64,000 bases of DNA, from the NCBI RefSeq assembly GCF_006345805.1, contig NC_043004.1:44144001-44208000 (forward strand), in the 5' to 3' direction. The stretch comes from Octopus sinensis. Its lineage: Eukaryota. The notes under the pieces were generated by a model. It had not been told where the DNA came from, ran no database searches, and saw only the letters and a list, made by a program, of their open reading frames with translations. Below are positions 41,947 through 54,038 of the stretch, piece after piece. The position numbers and the translations under genes are program-made. Position 1 is the stretch's first letter, and every line of letters begins with the position of its first letter.

Positions 41947-42420
41947 GATATGACTGTCCCAATCGATATAAACGTATCTGTCAAGACCTACCAAAAACTG
42001 AGCAAATATAAAGATCTTGAAATAGAAATCAGCAAAATGTGGAAGCTGAAGACTAAAACAATACCTGTTGTCATAGGTGCCCTGGGAATAATAGCAAAAG
42101 GGGCTGATAGCTACCTAACTCAGATACCAGGAAACCCAAAAATGGCAGAAGTTCAAAAGATAGTGCTCATGGGAACTGCTCATATCCTACGCAAAATACT
42201 CTCTATGTAATCTCAAGGTTTAAAACAAACATAATTTTCGGTTTAAAAAAAAAAAAAAAAAACTTTTTTTTTAGACATTCATTAGTACAACATCCCCACC
42301 CCCAAATATATGGCACACTAGGCATAACAACAACATGAACTTCCAACCCTGTTGTCTCTTGAGGTCTCTGGGTGAGACTTGGAGCCAACTTGTACAAATA
42401 TAAAGCAAAAGTCAAACATA
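41944..42420 (+). mobile_element. 5'-truncated R4/Dong-clade LINE (RLE C-terminus plus 3' UTR) in (TAA)n
   Basis: IDMTVPIDINVSVKTYQKLSKYKDLEIEISKMWKLKTKTIPVVIGALG...GTAHILRKILSM* has the RLE D...K-x-x-KY-x-DL and PVVIGALG motifs; uninterrupted reading frame. Confidence 0.9.
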
Positions 42421-42431
42421 GAATAATAATA

Positions 42432-42477
<46 letters not shown>

Positions 42478-42481
<4 letters not shown>

Positions 42482-42690
42482 CTTTCTCCCATAAGGACAA
42501 GCCCTGAAATGTTGCGGGTGCCAGGAACCGATTACATTGATCCCAGTGCTTGAGTGGTACTTTGCTTATCGCTCTGAAATCATGGAAAGCGAAGTCGACT
42601 TAAGGAAAATGTTATCTCAGAATATAAATTTGGACGAAATGCCGCTAAATACTTTGACTGGCGTACTAAGGATTCTGTCATCTTGCCGCC
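42478..42690 (-). mobile_element. SINE family A, diverged
   Basis: Reverse-complement homology to family A. Confidence 0.75.
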
Positions 42691-42893
42691 ATGCATAAAA
42701 ATTATTATTAACGCAAAAATGGTGATATTATTTCTCCTGCTATTTCTAATATTTAAACTAGTGCCATTACTGCTAATAATAATATCAATTGCAATTATAA
42801 AAAAATTCTTAGCTATATCACGAAGAAGAGTAGGACTAACGATCCCAGTAATTTTAAGTCAGAAGATACTCATGTTACGTAAATCATAACTAT

Positions 42894-42982
42894 AGGCACA
42901 GAAGTGGCTCTGTGGTAAGAAGCTTGCTTACCAACTACGTGGTTCCGGATTCAGTCCTACTGCGTGGCACCTTGGGCAAGTG

Positions 42983-43029
<47 letters not shown>

Positions 43030-43246
43030 TTGTGTGTTTGTGTGTCTGTGTTTGTTTCCCCAACATCGCTTTACAACCGATGCTGGTGTGTTTACATCCC
43101 CGTAACCTAGCGGTTCGGTAAAAGAGACCGATAGAATAAGTACTAGGCTTACAAAGAATAAGTCCTCCGCTCGATTTTCTCGACTAAAGGCGGTGCTCCA
43201 GCATGGCTGCAGCCAAATGACTGTAAGATGTAAAAGAGTAAAAGAG
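42894..43246 (+). mobile_element. SINE family B (internal deletion)
   Basis: Head and tail match 45172-45575. Confidence 0.9.
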
Positions 43247-45171
43247 ATTATTATACGAAAAGTGGTATTTGTATCTTTCAGAGTAATAGTAATAATAAGA
43301 GTATGAATATGAAAATAGTAAAAACATTCTTATCGCTAATAATAGTTTAAAATGAGAGACATAAAATGCAACTAATAGTCGTTCTTTGAATGGTTAGTAT
43401 TTGCAATATAATGCCGCTTATGATGCACCGAATTGAATAGACTTGAAAATTCGACAAGAATAAATATTAGGTAATCCACTGAATTTAAGTGACATTACTT
43501 AGGTCACCTCGGTTCATTTTATATTATGATATTCAAATAACCAAAATCATTACCAAATTATACCTTCAAAATCAAGTAGAATAACAATAGTTTATATTAT
43601 CACTTGGTCTATTATTAAAACAGGCAAACTATACAAAGGTGCCACACTGCAGGTGACCTCTTCAATATAGTAAAGAGTCCATTGAAATAGTGCGTCGTAA
43701 CTGTGATTTTCTCCTTAACAGACAATATGACTCATTTACTCTTTGCTTACATCATTTCGTTACTTTATTTGTCTTTTACCATATATTTATGTGTTACATT
43801 CGTCGTGAATAACTATTTTTCGTTCGATCTTACCCCGCCATCAGATGTTTTATTTGTTCGTATCCAGATATAATTAAGGCAAATATCAATGTATGGTGTA
43901 CCTGTAATTCTAATGGAACCTCAATTCCGTTTGCTTGTTTCGTTTTTATGTAGAACATAATTAAATATTGATAGACACTCCTTATATATTTCCAACACTG
44001 GTTTCATTTTATATTCACTCCTTAGTTTGTTCCTTTACTCATTTTTAAATTTTATTTTCAAATTTCTTGTAAAACTCAGTTATGCTCTGCAAACTAAAAT
44101 GCTCATAAAATTTTCAGGAATTTAAAAACTTTGGCTAGCATTTGCATTTAAGTTGCGTTGGTCTTAGATATCATCCCAAATCTCTTCAACCTTATTTCTT
44201 CTGCTTTTATCTCCCGTGTCATTCTAGCTTGATTTACAGAATGTAAGAACGTATAAGGTTGTTGCCATATGAATGTTCTATTATCATTTCTAAATTGTTT
44301 TCCTTTTTTCTTTGATCTCTCTTTTTCTTGCAACTTCTTTCTCTATCTTTCCCACATCTCTCTCATCGCTGTTACTAATACGATTTTAATTTTTGCCACA
44401 GCCGTTTTACCTTCTTGTTATTAACTCTTCACTTCTTAAACCACTTTTCATCCATATTTTATGTGCTGCTTTCCTACACATACAGTATATACGACAACTA
44501 GACATTTCTATACATATCTTCTTGCGGATAGAAAGGTTGGGTGAAGTGATGTTTATAACTTGAATTATATTACAATCCATACGTAAGTATTGATATAATT
44601 TTTCGCATTTTTGCGATATATATCATTCTATCATAGCGTGCATGTTTACATAATCACATAATTCAGCCACGGGGTCACCGAAGTTATGAAACTAATGTGA
44701 AGATTATGAAGGACTATGTTTTATCATCTTGATAATCTATAAACTTCTTGTCTAACTTCTATATTTCTATTTTTCTCACGAACTATGTGATTCATGTTCT
44801 GCTTTGTTATTTTCTTCACGCTCAGGATGTTCGATTTTATGAATCTGGTCGAACTATTGCACTATTAATTTTGTACATTTATTGGTTCTTTCTCCCCAAT
44901 TTTCTATAAATTTCTCTCTATTTATCTATGTATCTATCGCGAAAGTAAGAGGTGTCGGTGTCGATTCGATTCCAACGCGTACTAATGATCATTTCTTCGT
45001 TACGGAGTCTTATATGCCTTAGGATTGTCTATATTCTACAATCCCCATACGAGGAATGCTCAAATTATATGCCCGTGTGTGTGCGTCTGCCCGTTACGCG
45101 TCTCAGCGATTTAATATAGCTTCTTTCTCCTTTTCGAGATCAGCGACAGTTTGTCACTGAAACATGCATAT

Positions 45172-45575
45172 AGGCGCAGGAGTGGCTGTGTGGTAAGTAG
45201 CTTGCTAACCAACCACATGGTTCCGGGTTCAGTCCTACTGCGTAGCATCTTCTGCTATAGCCCCGGGCCGACCAATGCCTTGTGAGTGGATTTGGTAGAC
45301 GGAAACTGAAAGAAGCCTGTCGTATATGTGTATATATATATAAGTGTGTGTGTCTGTGATTGTGTGTCTGTGTTTGTCCCCCTACCATTGCTTGACAACC
45401 GATGCTGGTGTGTTTACGTCCCCGTCACTTAGCGGTTCGGCAAAAGGGACCGATAGAATAAGTACTGGGCTTACAAAGAATAAGTCCCGGGGTCGACTTG
45501 CTCGACTAAAGGTGGTGCTCCAACATGGCCGCAGTCAAATGACTGAAACAAGTAAAAGAGTAAAGAGTAAAAGAG
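45172..45575 (+). mobile_element. SINE family B
   Basis: Intact head ggagtggctgtgtggtaagtagcttgctaaccaaccacatggttccgggttcagtcc. Confidence 0.93.
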
Positions 45576-45624
45576 TATAGTATTTTGTTAGTGGAATGAG
45601 TTTTCAAAACTAGCTGATGACTAT

Positions 45625-45669
45625 CATACACTGAAGACGAGTATATACCTTGAAAGCTGGGTCTGTGTG
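45625..45669 (+). ncRNA. Degenerate hammerhead in the old array
   Basis: CAUACA-CUGAAGA...GAAA-GCUGG-GUC-UGUGUG; helix I intact, helices II and III damaged. Confidence 0.6.
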
Positions 45670-46202
45670 TATCACGTAATGCTAGAGATAGAAGCGATTA
45701 CCCGCTCTTGCAAATACTAATCGGACACAGACAGTGTGTCGATAGCCATCCGGAAGAGAGGTCTTCCTGGGGTTAAAACCAAAAGTAACATCGGCCTCTA
45801 TTAGATCACCGCATTTAGTTGGCAAATATATTTCAAAATTCCCTTCTATTACTGTTTACATCTCGCTCAGAGATATAATATAGTTTATTTCTTCTTTTTC
45901 GAGATCAGTGACAATTTGTCGTTGGAAAAAGCATACGATATATACCGAGTACAATGACATTTGATCACTATTTGATGATTATCACAGACTGAAGTCGGGT
46001 AACTACCCATAAAGCCGTGTCTGTGTATAAGACTAGAAATGGGAGTGATGACCTCCCCTCGCAATACCATTTGGACACGGACAGTGTGCTGTTAGCCAGC
46101 AGGAGATGTCTTTCTGAGGCTAAAAACAGCAGTAACATCGTCCTCTACTGGACCGCCACATTTATTTGGTAAATATATTTTACGATCTTATATATATATA
46201 AG

Positions 46203-46372
46203 GAACAGGAGTGGCTGTGTGGTAAGTAGCTTGCTTACCAACCACATTGTTCCGGGTTCAGTCCCACTGCGTGGCATCTTGGGCAACTGTTGTCTACTAT
46301 AGCCTCGGGCCGACCAATGCCTTGTGAGTGGATTTGGTAGACGGAAACTGAAAGAAGCCCGTCGTATGTATG

Positions 46373-46413
<41 letters not shown>

Positions 46414-46627
46414 ATGTTTGTGTGTCTGTGTTTGTTCCCCTAGCATTGCTTGACAACCGATGCTGGTGTGTTTACGTCCCCGTCACTTAGCGGTTCGGCG
46501 AAAGAGACCGATAGAATAAGTACTGGGCTTACAAAGAATAAGTTCCGGGGTCGATATGATCGACTAAAGGCGGTGCTCCAGCATGGCCACAGTCAAATGA
46601 CTGAAACAAGTAAAAGAGTAAAAGAGT
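46203..46627 (+). mobile_element. SINE family B
   Basis: Full-length homolog of 45172-45575. Confidence 0.93.
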
Positions 46628-46641
46628 ATATGTATATATAA

Positions 46642-46714
<73 letters not shown>

Positions 46715-46987
46715 CATATATATGTATATATTTATATATAAATACATACATATATATATATATACATACGTATATGAATATACATATGTGCGTGTATACA
46801 CACATTTATATAATAAATTTGTGATAATAAAATGTTGGTTAATGTATGTTAAACATTTAATTTCCCATATTGTGACTGTCATATTATGTATGTTAACATT
46901 TGCAGACATATTAAATAATCATACCTGGTCTCCATTCAATGGGATGTAAATATCTATATTCATATAGACACACCTGCATATATATAT

Positions 46988-47033
<46 letters not shown>

Positions 47034-47138
47034 GCTTGTTTTATTTCTATTCCTGAGCTCCATACTAATACAATTGCTTGTTTGTACTCCACCTGCCTTC
47101 GTCTTTTGTTTATTTTCATAAAGATTCCCGTTATATAT

Positions 47139-47180
<42 letters not shown>

Positions 47181-47280
47181 ATATATGTATATATTTATAT
47201 ATAAATACATACATATATATATATAATATATATATATAATATATATATATATGTATATACATATAAATATACATAAATAC

Positions 47281-47313
<33 letters not shown>

Positions 47314-48106
47314 ATATACATGTGTAAATATGTACATGTATAAATATACATGCAAATATACATGTATATATTTACATATGTACATATATATATGTAAATA
47401 TGTATGTATATTTATATGTATATACATACATATATATATATATGTATATATATATGTATATATATACATATGTATGTACATATATATGCATATATGTAAC
47501 AAGTATCGCGACAAATGGCAAAATAAATTTACAGCAAATGTGACGGCATGTATGTATGTATGTATGTACGTACGTATATATATATGTATATATGTATGTA
47601 TGTGTATATATATGTTTATATTATATATATATACATACATACATACATACATACATACATACATACATACGTGCACATACATTTACTGTAAATTTATTTT
47701 GCCATTTGTCTCAAAACTTGTTACGTATGTGCAATCTTTTCAGATAACCGGTTCCTCTGTTTCGAGGGTTCTTCATATAAGTTCTCATAAAAATGAATGA
47801 AATAATTTTAAATAGTTAATATATATTCTCCATGATCTAATTGATTTTAAACGTTCTCCGGCAGTGTATCGTCCATATGAAACCTAGAAACATGACGACA
47901 AACCTACATTGTTTCCATATACAAAAGGCTTGTGTATATACTTCGGTATACCAATGCCAAACTTTATACTTTTTGCATCAAAGCCTTCATTCAGTGCTCA
48001 TTTAAAATAAAAAGCAGAGCAAAAAACACTATTGATAATTATAGTACTTCGCTAAAACCTTCACTTTGTCTGTATAAGCCGAGTCACATCCTTACAGTGG
48101 ATCTTA

Positions 48107-48290
48107 AGGCGCCGTGCGGGCATAATCCTTAGGACGCCGGGTGAGATGCTTAGCAGTATTTCGTCTGTCTTCATGTTCTGAGTTCAAATTCCACCGACGT
48201 AGACTTTGAAATTCATACTTTCGGGGTCGATAAAAAATAAGTACCAGCTGAATACTGCGGTCAATATTATCAGCTATCCCCTATACCAAA
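48107..48290 (+). mobile_element. SINE family A, diverged
   Basis: gttctgagttcaaattcc...ttcggggtcgataaaaaataagtacc. Confidence 0.8.
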
Positions 48291-48730
48291 ATTCAAATGT
48301 TGTGCATGTAGTAGAAATTAATATTACAGTGGATCTCTCCCAGCGAAGACACATCTTTCGCATAGTTTTATATATATATATGTCTGCGCCATGTTTGGCC
48401 CTCGTCACTGCTAGACAAACGGTGTTGCTGTGTTTATATTCCTGTAACGTAGCGTTTCGGCAAACAGACCGATACACTAAGTAATAGGCTTTAAAAAAGT
48501 ATCCTTGTGTGATCTGTTCGACTAAAACGTTCTAAGTATGGCCGCAATCAAATGATTGAACCAAGTGAGGATTTATATGACCAGCCGAAACTGCAAAGAT
48601 ATTCTGGAACTCAACTGACGAAAGAAAACTCCGATTGACCCGCCCTTGTTTTTTCTTGTCCCTTTTTGTATCATCTAACTGTCTGGATATTTTGTTGTCG
48701 CCTGATGCGTTTTTGTCCCATTTTTGTATT

Positions 48731-48767
<37 letters not shown>

Positions 48768-50499
48768 AAGGTAACATGCCAAACGAAGGTCATTGATTCC
48801 ATGTCCAAACCTAATGCCGATTGTAGGTAGAATCAATTTGAGTTCAAATGGAGTTTTAAAAAAAAATGAAGTGTTCCTCGTGTTCGAAATAATGATTAAT
48901 ACCTCGCCGTAATATAATCATATCAACAATCAATTGTTTCACGCAGTTTAACACTTAATTAAATTAAGAATTAAGTAAATAATTGAGGAATTGTTTATTC
49001 ATTATCAGCAGTTGTATAGATAAAGTGCTGATTTTACTTCTACATCAACACATTACATCTGATTCCTCGCTATACGTGCACAACGTGTGTTGTGTTTGAA
49101 GAAGTTTCTGATTGATGAGCCAGACTCTGAGTAGAAATACTTGCTTATAGAAAAGAACATCTTTTTTTTTTACATATCCCTCCCAGTGCAGTCCTTCGGA
49201 AAGAGGATAAAGGATATCTATTTTTTTTTAGACAGAACATCATACTCCATAGAAAAGTACTATCGCTATGGCGTTTTGTGACAACTGCTAATATTATATG
49301 CAATGCCTTCCATTGAAATATGGCAGCGATTTAATGGCTTCTCAATCTCTTTTGTTTATCTCTTATTTTCTAGCTTCCGCTTGTTTAAGGTTTGACATGC
49401 TTGCTATTCGAAATATATTATGTGGTGGTAGCAAACTTCAAAGATGATGTACATCCTCTTAATGTTAACATCATTTTCGCGTTAACGGGGAAAATGCACA
49501 GGCATGACGAATGCTAGTATACTGACAGCATTTTTCGGTCAAGTCTCTTTTAAGTAGATCTATTCATCAGTTATGGGGTTCAATGGATTGAACATAATGC
49601 TAAAGGAGAAATGTATTTCAGATCAACAATTTCTTTTATTTCCGTTAACATATATAATCGGTGATGACGATCACATAGATAACTGAAATATAAAATTGTG
49701 TTCAAAAGTTTGGAGAAGAAAATGCTGAGATAACAGGTCAAAGAAAACTTTCTGGAAAGGAGGAAATCTTTCAAACAATCTGAAAGAAGGAAAGAATGAA
49801 CGGAGACATGAATGGATAAATGAATGAAAGTATTCTTATCATAAGTTGTCGATATGACAGCATTTATATCTTTGTGATTTTGCGATGAGTGGGATACTGA
49901 GAGAGAGTGTGTGAGTGTGCAAATATGCTACGCTGAGACACATGTTGCTATCCAACTCACTGAGCAGAGGCTGGCTGCATCTCTGTATTATATTTGGTTG
50001 TTCCGTCAGCCTTTACTTCAAAAAGGAACTACAATTTGACAGTATAAAGAGAATTCACAAACCCTTGTGTTAGTTTCTGCTAGATATGTGCAAGTTCAAA
50101 AAAACATAAGATCTTAGCAGCATTTTAGTGATTTGGTTTTGTTCTAATCGTGTTGTAATTTATAACCAAAAGGATTACATTTGCAACGCGTATGTACGTT
50201 TGACATGTCTGAGAAATGTCAAATGCTATCAGTTATTTTCCTACAAGTGCGCGACAAATAACAACAATCATGGAAAGCCGGCGAGAGTAGAGTATGCGAC
50301 AGCTGTTTCACGAAGCCAAAGGCACTGCGTGATGCAGTCACGTTTGAGCTGTGAAAAAATTTGTTTTTTTGCTATTGTTTCTCATGTATGAAACCATACC
50401 TCACTGAATGATACCATGTATCGCTTGTAAAATAAATGGTACCATACATAAAGTAAATGACACCATGCATCACTCATAAAGTTGTATTGCGGGTTTCAC

Positions 50500-52330
50500 T
50501 CTGAAATTTGAAACCCAATCTACTCGAAGAAACCTCTATCAAATGTTGGAATATTTCAAGTTTTAATAGCAATGGAAATGCACAGAAAATAATTCTATTC
50601 ATAATTTTCTGTTAAGTATTTTAAAATCCCTTATGGACATTCTACATTCACAGCACCTTTATACAACAGATTTTCATCAATTGCAATGTATACTTAGCCT
50701 CACTGTCGACAGCCTTAGAAAAAGCGACAACTGATTTTAATTGTTTAATTCTGGAACACAATTCCGTTACTTCCTTGTCATATTACAAGCATTTTAAAAA
50801 CAGCGGCAGTCTATCTGTGTAGTAAAGTTCTAATCAATAAAGTTTTTCTTATTAAGATAGTTTACAATGTAGACATGTATATAGATCACCGACAAAAATA
50901 TTATGAACTATATTGGTCTTTTTTGCTTATCTAAATCCTAGAATGTAATAAAGTAGTAACGGTAAATAACATCACAAAACCGTCTGCCCAATATTAATGA
51001 GATTAAATAAACAGTCCAATACATATTCCCCTACAGGGACTTCCCTTGTTTATGGCAACAATCGTGTGCACTGTAATGAGAGTCATCACAAACAGAAATG
51101 GTCCCAGTACAATTCCTTGAGGGATTTTGCTTAGAATTAATGCCCCCCCCCCCGAAAGAGAATCCCTAGCAGCAATAGACGGTGTCAGCAGTTAACGAAG
51201 TCATGTTAATTTTTAAACAGATGACTCCTTTAGTTTTCAAGTACGCTAAGGTCATATCGTGTGTTATATATGATGTTTTAATCCGCTTTAGCAAAACACT
51301 TAACGAAGTCGAAATATGTTATATTAATATTTAAATGATTTAGCTTTGTTTCAGTAGCCTAATGTTAGATGTATGAGGCAAACTCTGCTTGGTTGGAAGC
51401 TGTGTTGCGTGTCATTAAGCAAGTCATCATTCTGCGGTTGGTACAATCAGCTTCTCTCTGACAATGTGTTCCATGAATTTACTGAAGTGTAAGATCAGAG
51501 AGATAGATCTTTTACTTTTTAACATCTGCTCACTTTTTAACTTTTCGAAATTTTACCACATACAAAGCTACTTTGAGAATTTATGTCCAGTGGTTCTGTT
51601 AGTATTTTCTTACATATATTTAAAAGAAATCCTAGCACAATCGTCATGGCCTGCGGCTGAGTAGAAGCTTATTTCATCAATGGTCAATATTGCACCCTTC
51701 CCTTTAAATTTGACGTAACCGATGGTTGCCATTTCTCTGCGTATCTTAATTGACGAAATTATGAAGAAAATAGTTTTATAGTTTTGCATCATCCAGAGTT
51801 TAAATGAAACTTCGTTGCACTTATTCATTTAGAATTTCATTTATACTCCTGAGACCTGCAGTCAGTGAACTATTTTCGTCGAGCAGTGACCCTTTCTTGT
51901 AACGCATCGAATTATCTTTCTATTGTTTCTATTAATTTATTTAAGTAAAACAAATGGAAATTATTATTCTCCTCTCGTAATGACTCTCATGCTCTAGGAA
52001 TGACATTCTTGCAGGTATTGACTGTTCTCTCAGGGACAAATGAAATTTAATATGGCTTTTGTTATTGAATCTTGGGTGAATAATTTTTCAACATCCCATT
52101 TTAAACAGATTTTTAATCAGTTCCGTACAAAATCAGCCTGGATATGATTCTCGTGCTAGCTATATGATATATACCTTTATCTTGCTTTAGACCATACATT
52201 CTTAGTTCCACATTGTTAATATGTACTATAATATAAGTGTAGCAGACGTCCAGAATACTGGTGTTCTTGATTGGATACAATACGATTTAAGGAGATGAAG
52301 TAGAGATTCTGCTTGTGTAACTTCATGTGA
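50500..52330 (-). mobile_element. Highly degenerate CR1/L2-group RT
   Basis: RSISLILHFSKFMEHIV at ~51460-51520 and PQGIVLGPFLFVM at 51085-51122; boundaries are approximate. Confidence 0.55.
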
Positions 52331-52828
52331 TACTTCTTTGACAGCTGGTGATGTGTTTGATTTGGGATTCTTCAGAGATGCTGTCAGTTGCTTTCTTTTC
52401 TTATTGGGAAGAAAATATTTCCATGAGAATAGTTATGACCAGGTATAGAATAGGCAAAGCGGCAATTTGTCCCTATCTCTACACACCATCACACAAATTT
52501 TACATAGTTTGTACATGCGGCATGGAACCCGTCCATTCATATTTTGTTCGCTTTGCTTTTAGTATGCAAGTTTTACATTTATTTTCTTCCTTTTAGTCAT
52601 GTTTTTCCCGACATGTGTCTCTTATGCATAGTGATTCTCTCAGATGATGGTGACATTTCCAATATATATATATATATAGTCAGAGGAAGTCCATCTGTGG
52701 CATTAACAACGGGCTTCACTGCTACCTTCCCCGAGTCCAGTAGTAATGGTATACCGGGCGATGGAGACAGGCTCGGTCAGTTAGAAAACCCTAGTCAGGC
52801 AGCTTTCATGTAAGTGTGTGCGTGCCTG

Positions 52829-52887
<59 letters not shown>

Positions 52888-53026
52888 TGTACACTAAAAC
52901 ACATTAAGAGGCTTCCAAATAGGAAAGCCTTGTGCTGGAAATAGCAATAGAAAACTCAAACCATTAATTAGGGATAAATTCTCGAAAGGAATGAAAATTA
53001 AAAAGGGTTTAGTGTCTAATTTAGTT

Positions 53027-53096
53027 CCTAGACCATGGTTTCTGACTAATTTCAGTAAAAAATATATATTTACTGAGACCAGTCTTCATCAGTAGG
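53027..53096 (-). ncRNA. Intact type I hammerhead ribozyme
   Basis: CCUA-CUGAUGA-A-helix II GACUGGUCUCAGUAAA/UUUACUGAAAUUAGUC (15 of 16 pairs including G.U)-A-GAAA-CCAUGG-UC-UAGG; cleavage after 53031. Confidence 0.85.
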
Positions 53097-53113
53097 TAGC
53101 CTTCAGACTTTAA

Positions 53114-53435
53114 ATATACACACAACTAGATCTGCATGTAAACTCGCTGCCTGCATATTCTTACTTTTCAAATCCACTGCGCAGACGCAGTTTACTTCCT
53201 GCAAAAGAATAATATATAGTGTATTGATTAATTTTTTGTTGTAGGCCACTGGAAATAATTATAATTCCTATTACTCTAATATTATTTATTATGTTTAAAT
53301 ATTTTTTGATAAATTTGTTCAAAATTTTACCGGCATCCTCTCTGTCGCCGGAAATAAACTGCGTCTGCGCAGTGGATTTGAAAAGTTAGAATATGCAGGC
53401 AGCGAGTTTACATGCGGATCTAGTTGTGTGTATAT
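53114..53435. mobile_element. MITE with ~86-bp TIRs (Tc1/mariner-like, TA flanks)
   Basis: 53114-53199 is the reverse complement of 53350-53435, with few mismatches. Confidence 0.85.
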
Positions 53436-53444
53436 ATAATGACT

Positions 53445-53825
53445 TCATGAGAATGAGCAGAAAAACAGATGTCCACTCAGGATTTGCGGTTGACTTCAGA
53501 TAAATCATGAGGCACCATTTCCCGAGTTTTGGGACCTTTCCAAGCTGTTGAAGATGGCTTGGATGAAGCTTGCTTCTCAATTCTTCAACTGAAACTGCAT
53601 GCTCCTTCTCAAGTTCTGCCAAGAGGGGGTTGTTATCAAACTCAATTGGATGTCTTGTTCAGGCCTCATCTTCAGGGCTGACATCTCCACTTCTGAATTT
53701 TACAAACCATCTTCAACAAGTTCTTTCTTTCAAGCACTCTTCCCCATAAGCTGAATCAATATTTGGAGTCCGTTCAGCTGCAGAATTCCCAGTTTTAAAC
53801 TTATGAAGCATTATGTACCTCAAAT
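53445..53825 (-). mobile_element. Mariner (Mos1/SETMAR-like) transposase N-terminal fragment
   Basis: Frameshifted KTGNSAAE..SAYGEE..KFRSGDVS.ED..PIEFDNN.LLAELEK..VSVEEL..HLQQLGKVPKLGKW/VPHDLSEVNRKS: HTH and WVPHxL linker. Confidence 0.8.
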
Positions 53826-54038
53826 TCTCCTTAGATACTTCCATGTTTGAAGAACAATAATTAGTGAAATTTCAATTAGATTATCCTGCAAAATGTCCAA
53901 ATACATATAAATATTATTTGATACTATTATACTTTCTAAAATACTGTTAAAACATTTACAAATTGAACATATAGAAGTCCGAACATTACTTATGGAATGA
54001 TACATTAGGAGTGGCTGTGTGGTAAGTAGCTTGCTAAC

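Larger units (their letters stand above)
45060..46170 (+). repeat. Old diverged tandem copies (~2.5 units) of the 353-bp retrozyme-like unit, interrupted by a SINE
   Basis: Shared landmarks: tcagcgacag/tcagtgaca, ggaaaaag, gtgtgtatca, tgcaaatact, ggacacag..gtgtgtc, cctgggg..aaaa..agta.catc. Confidence 0.8.

Noticed and set aside
49518-49575. CUGAUGA...GAAA...GUC on the minus strand
   Set aside because: Helices I and II do not pair.
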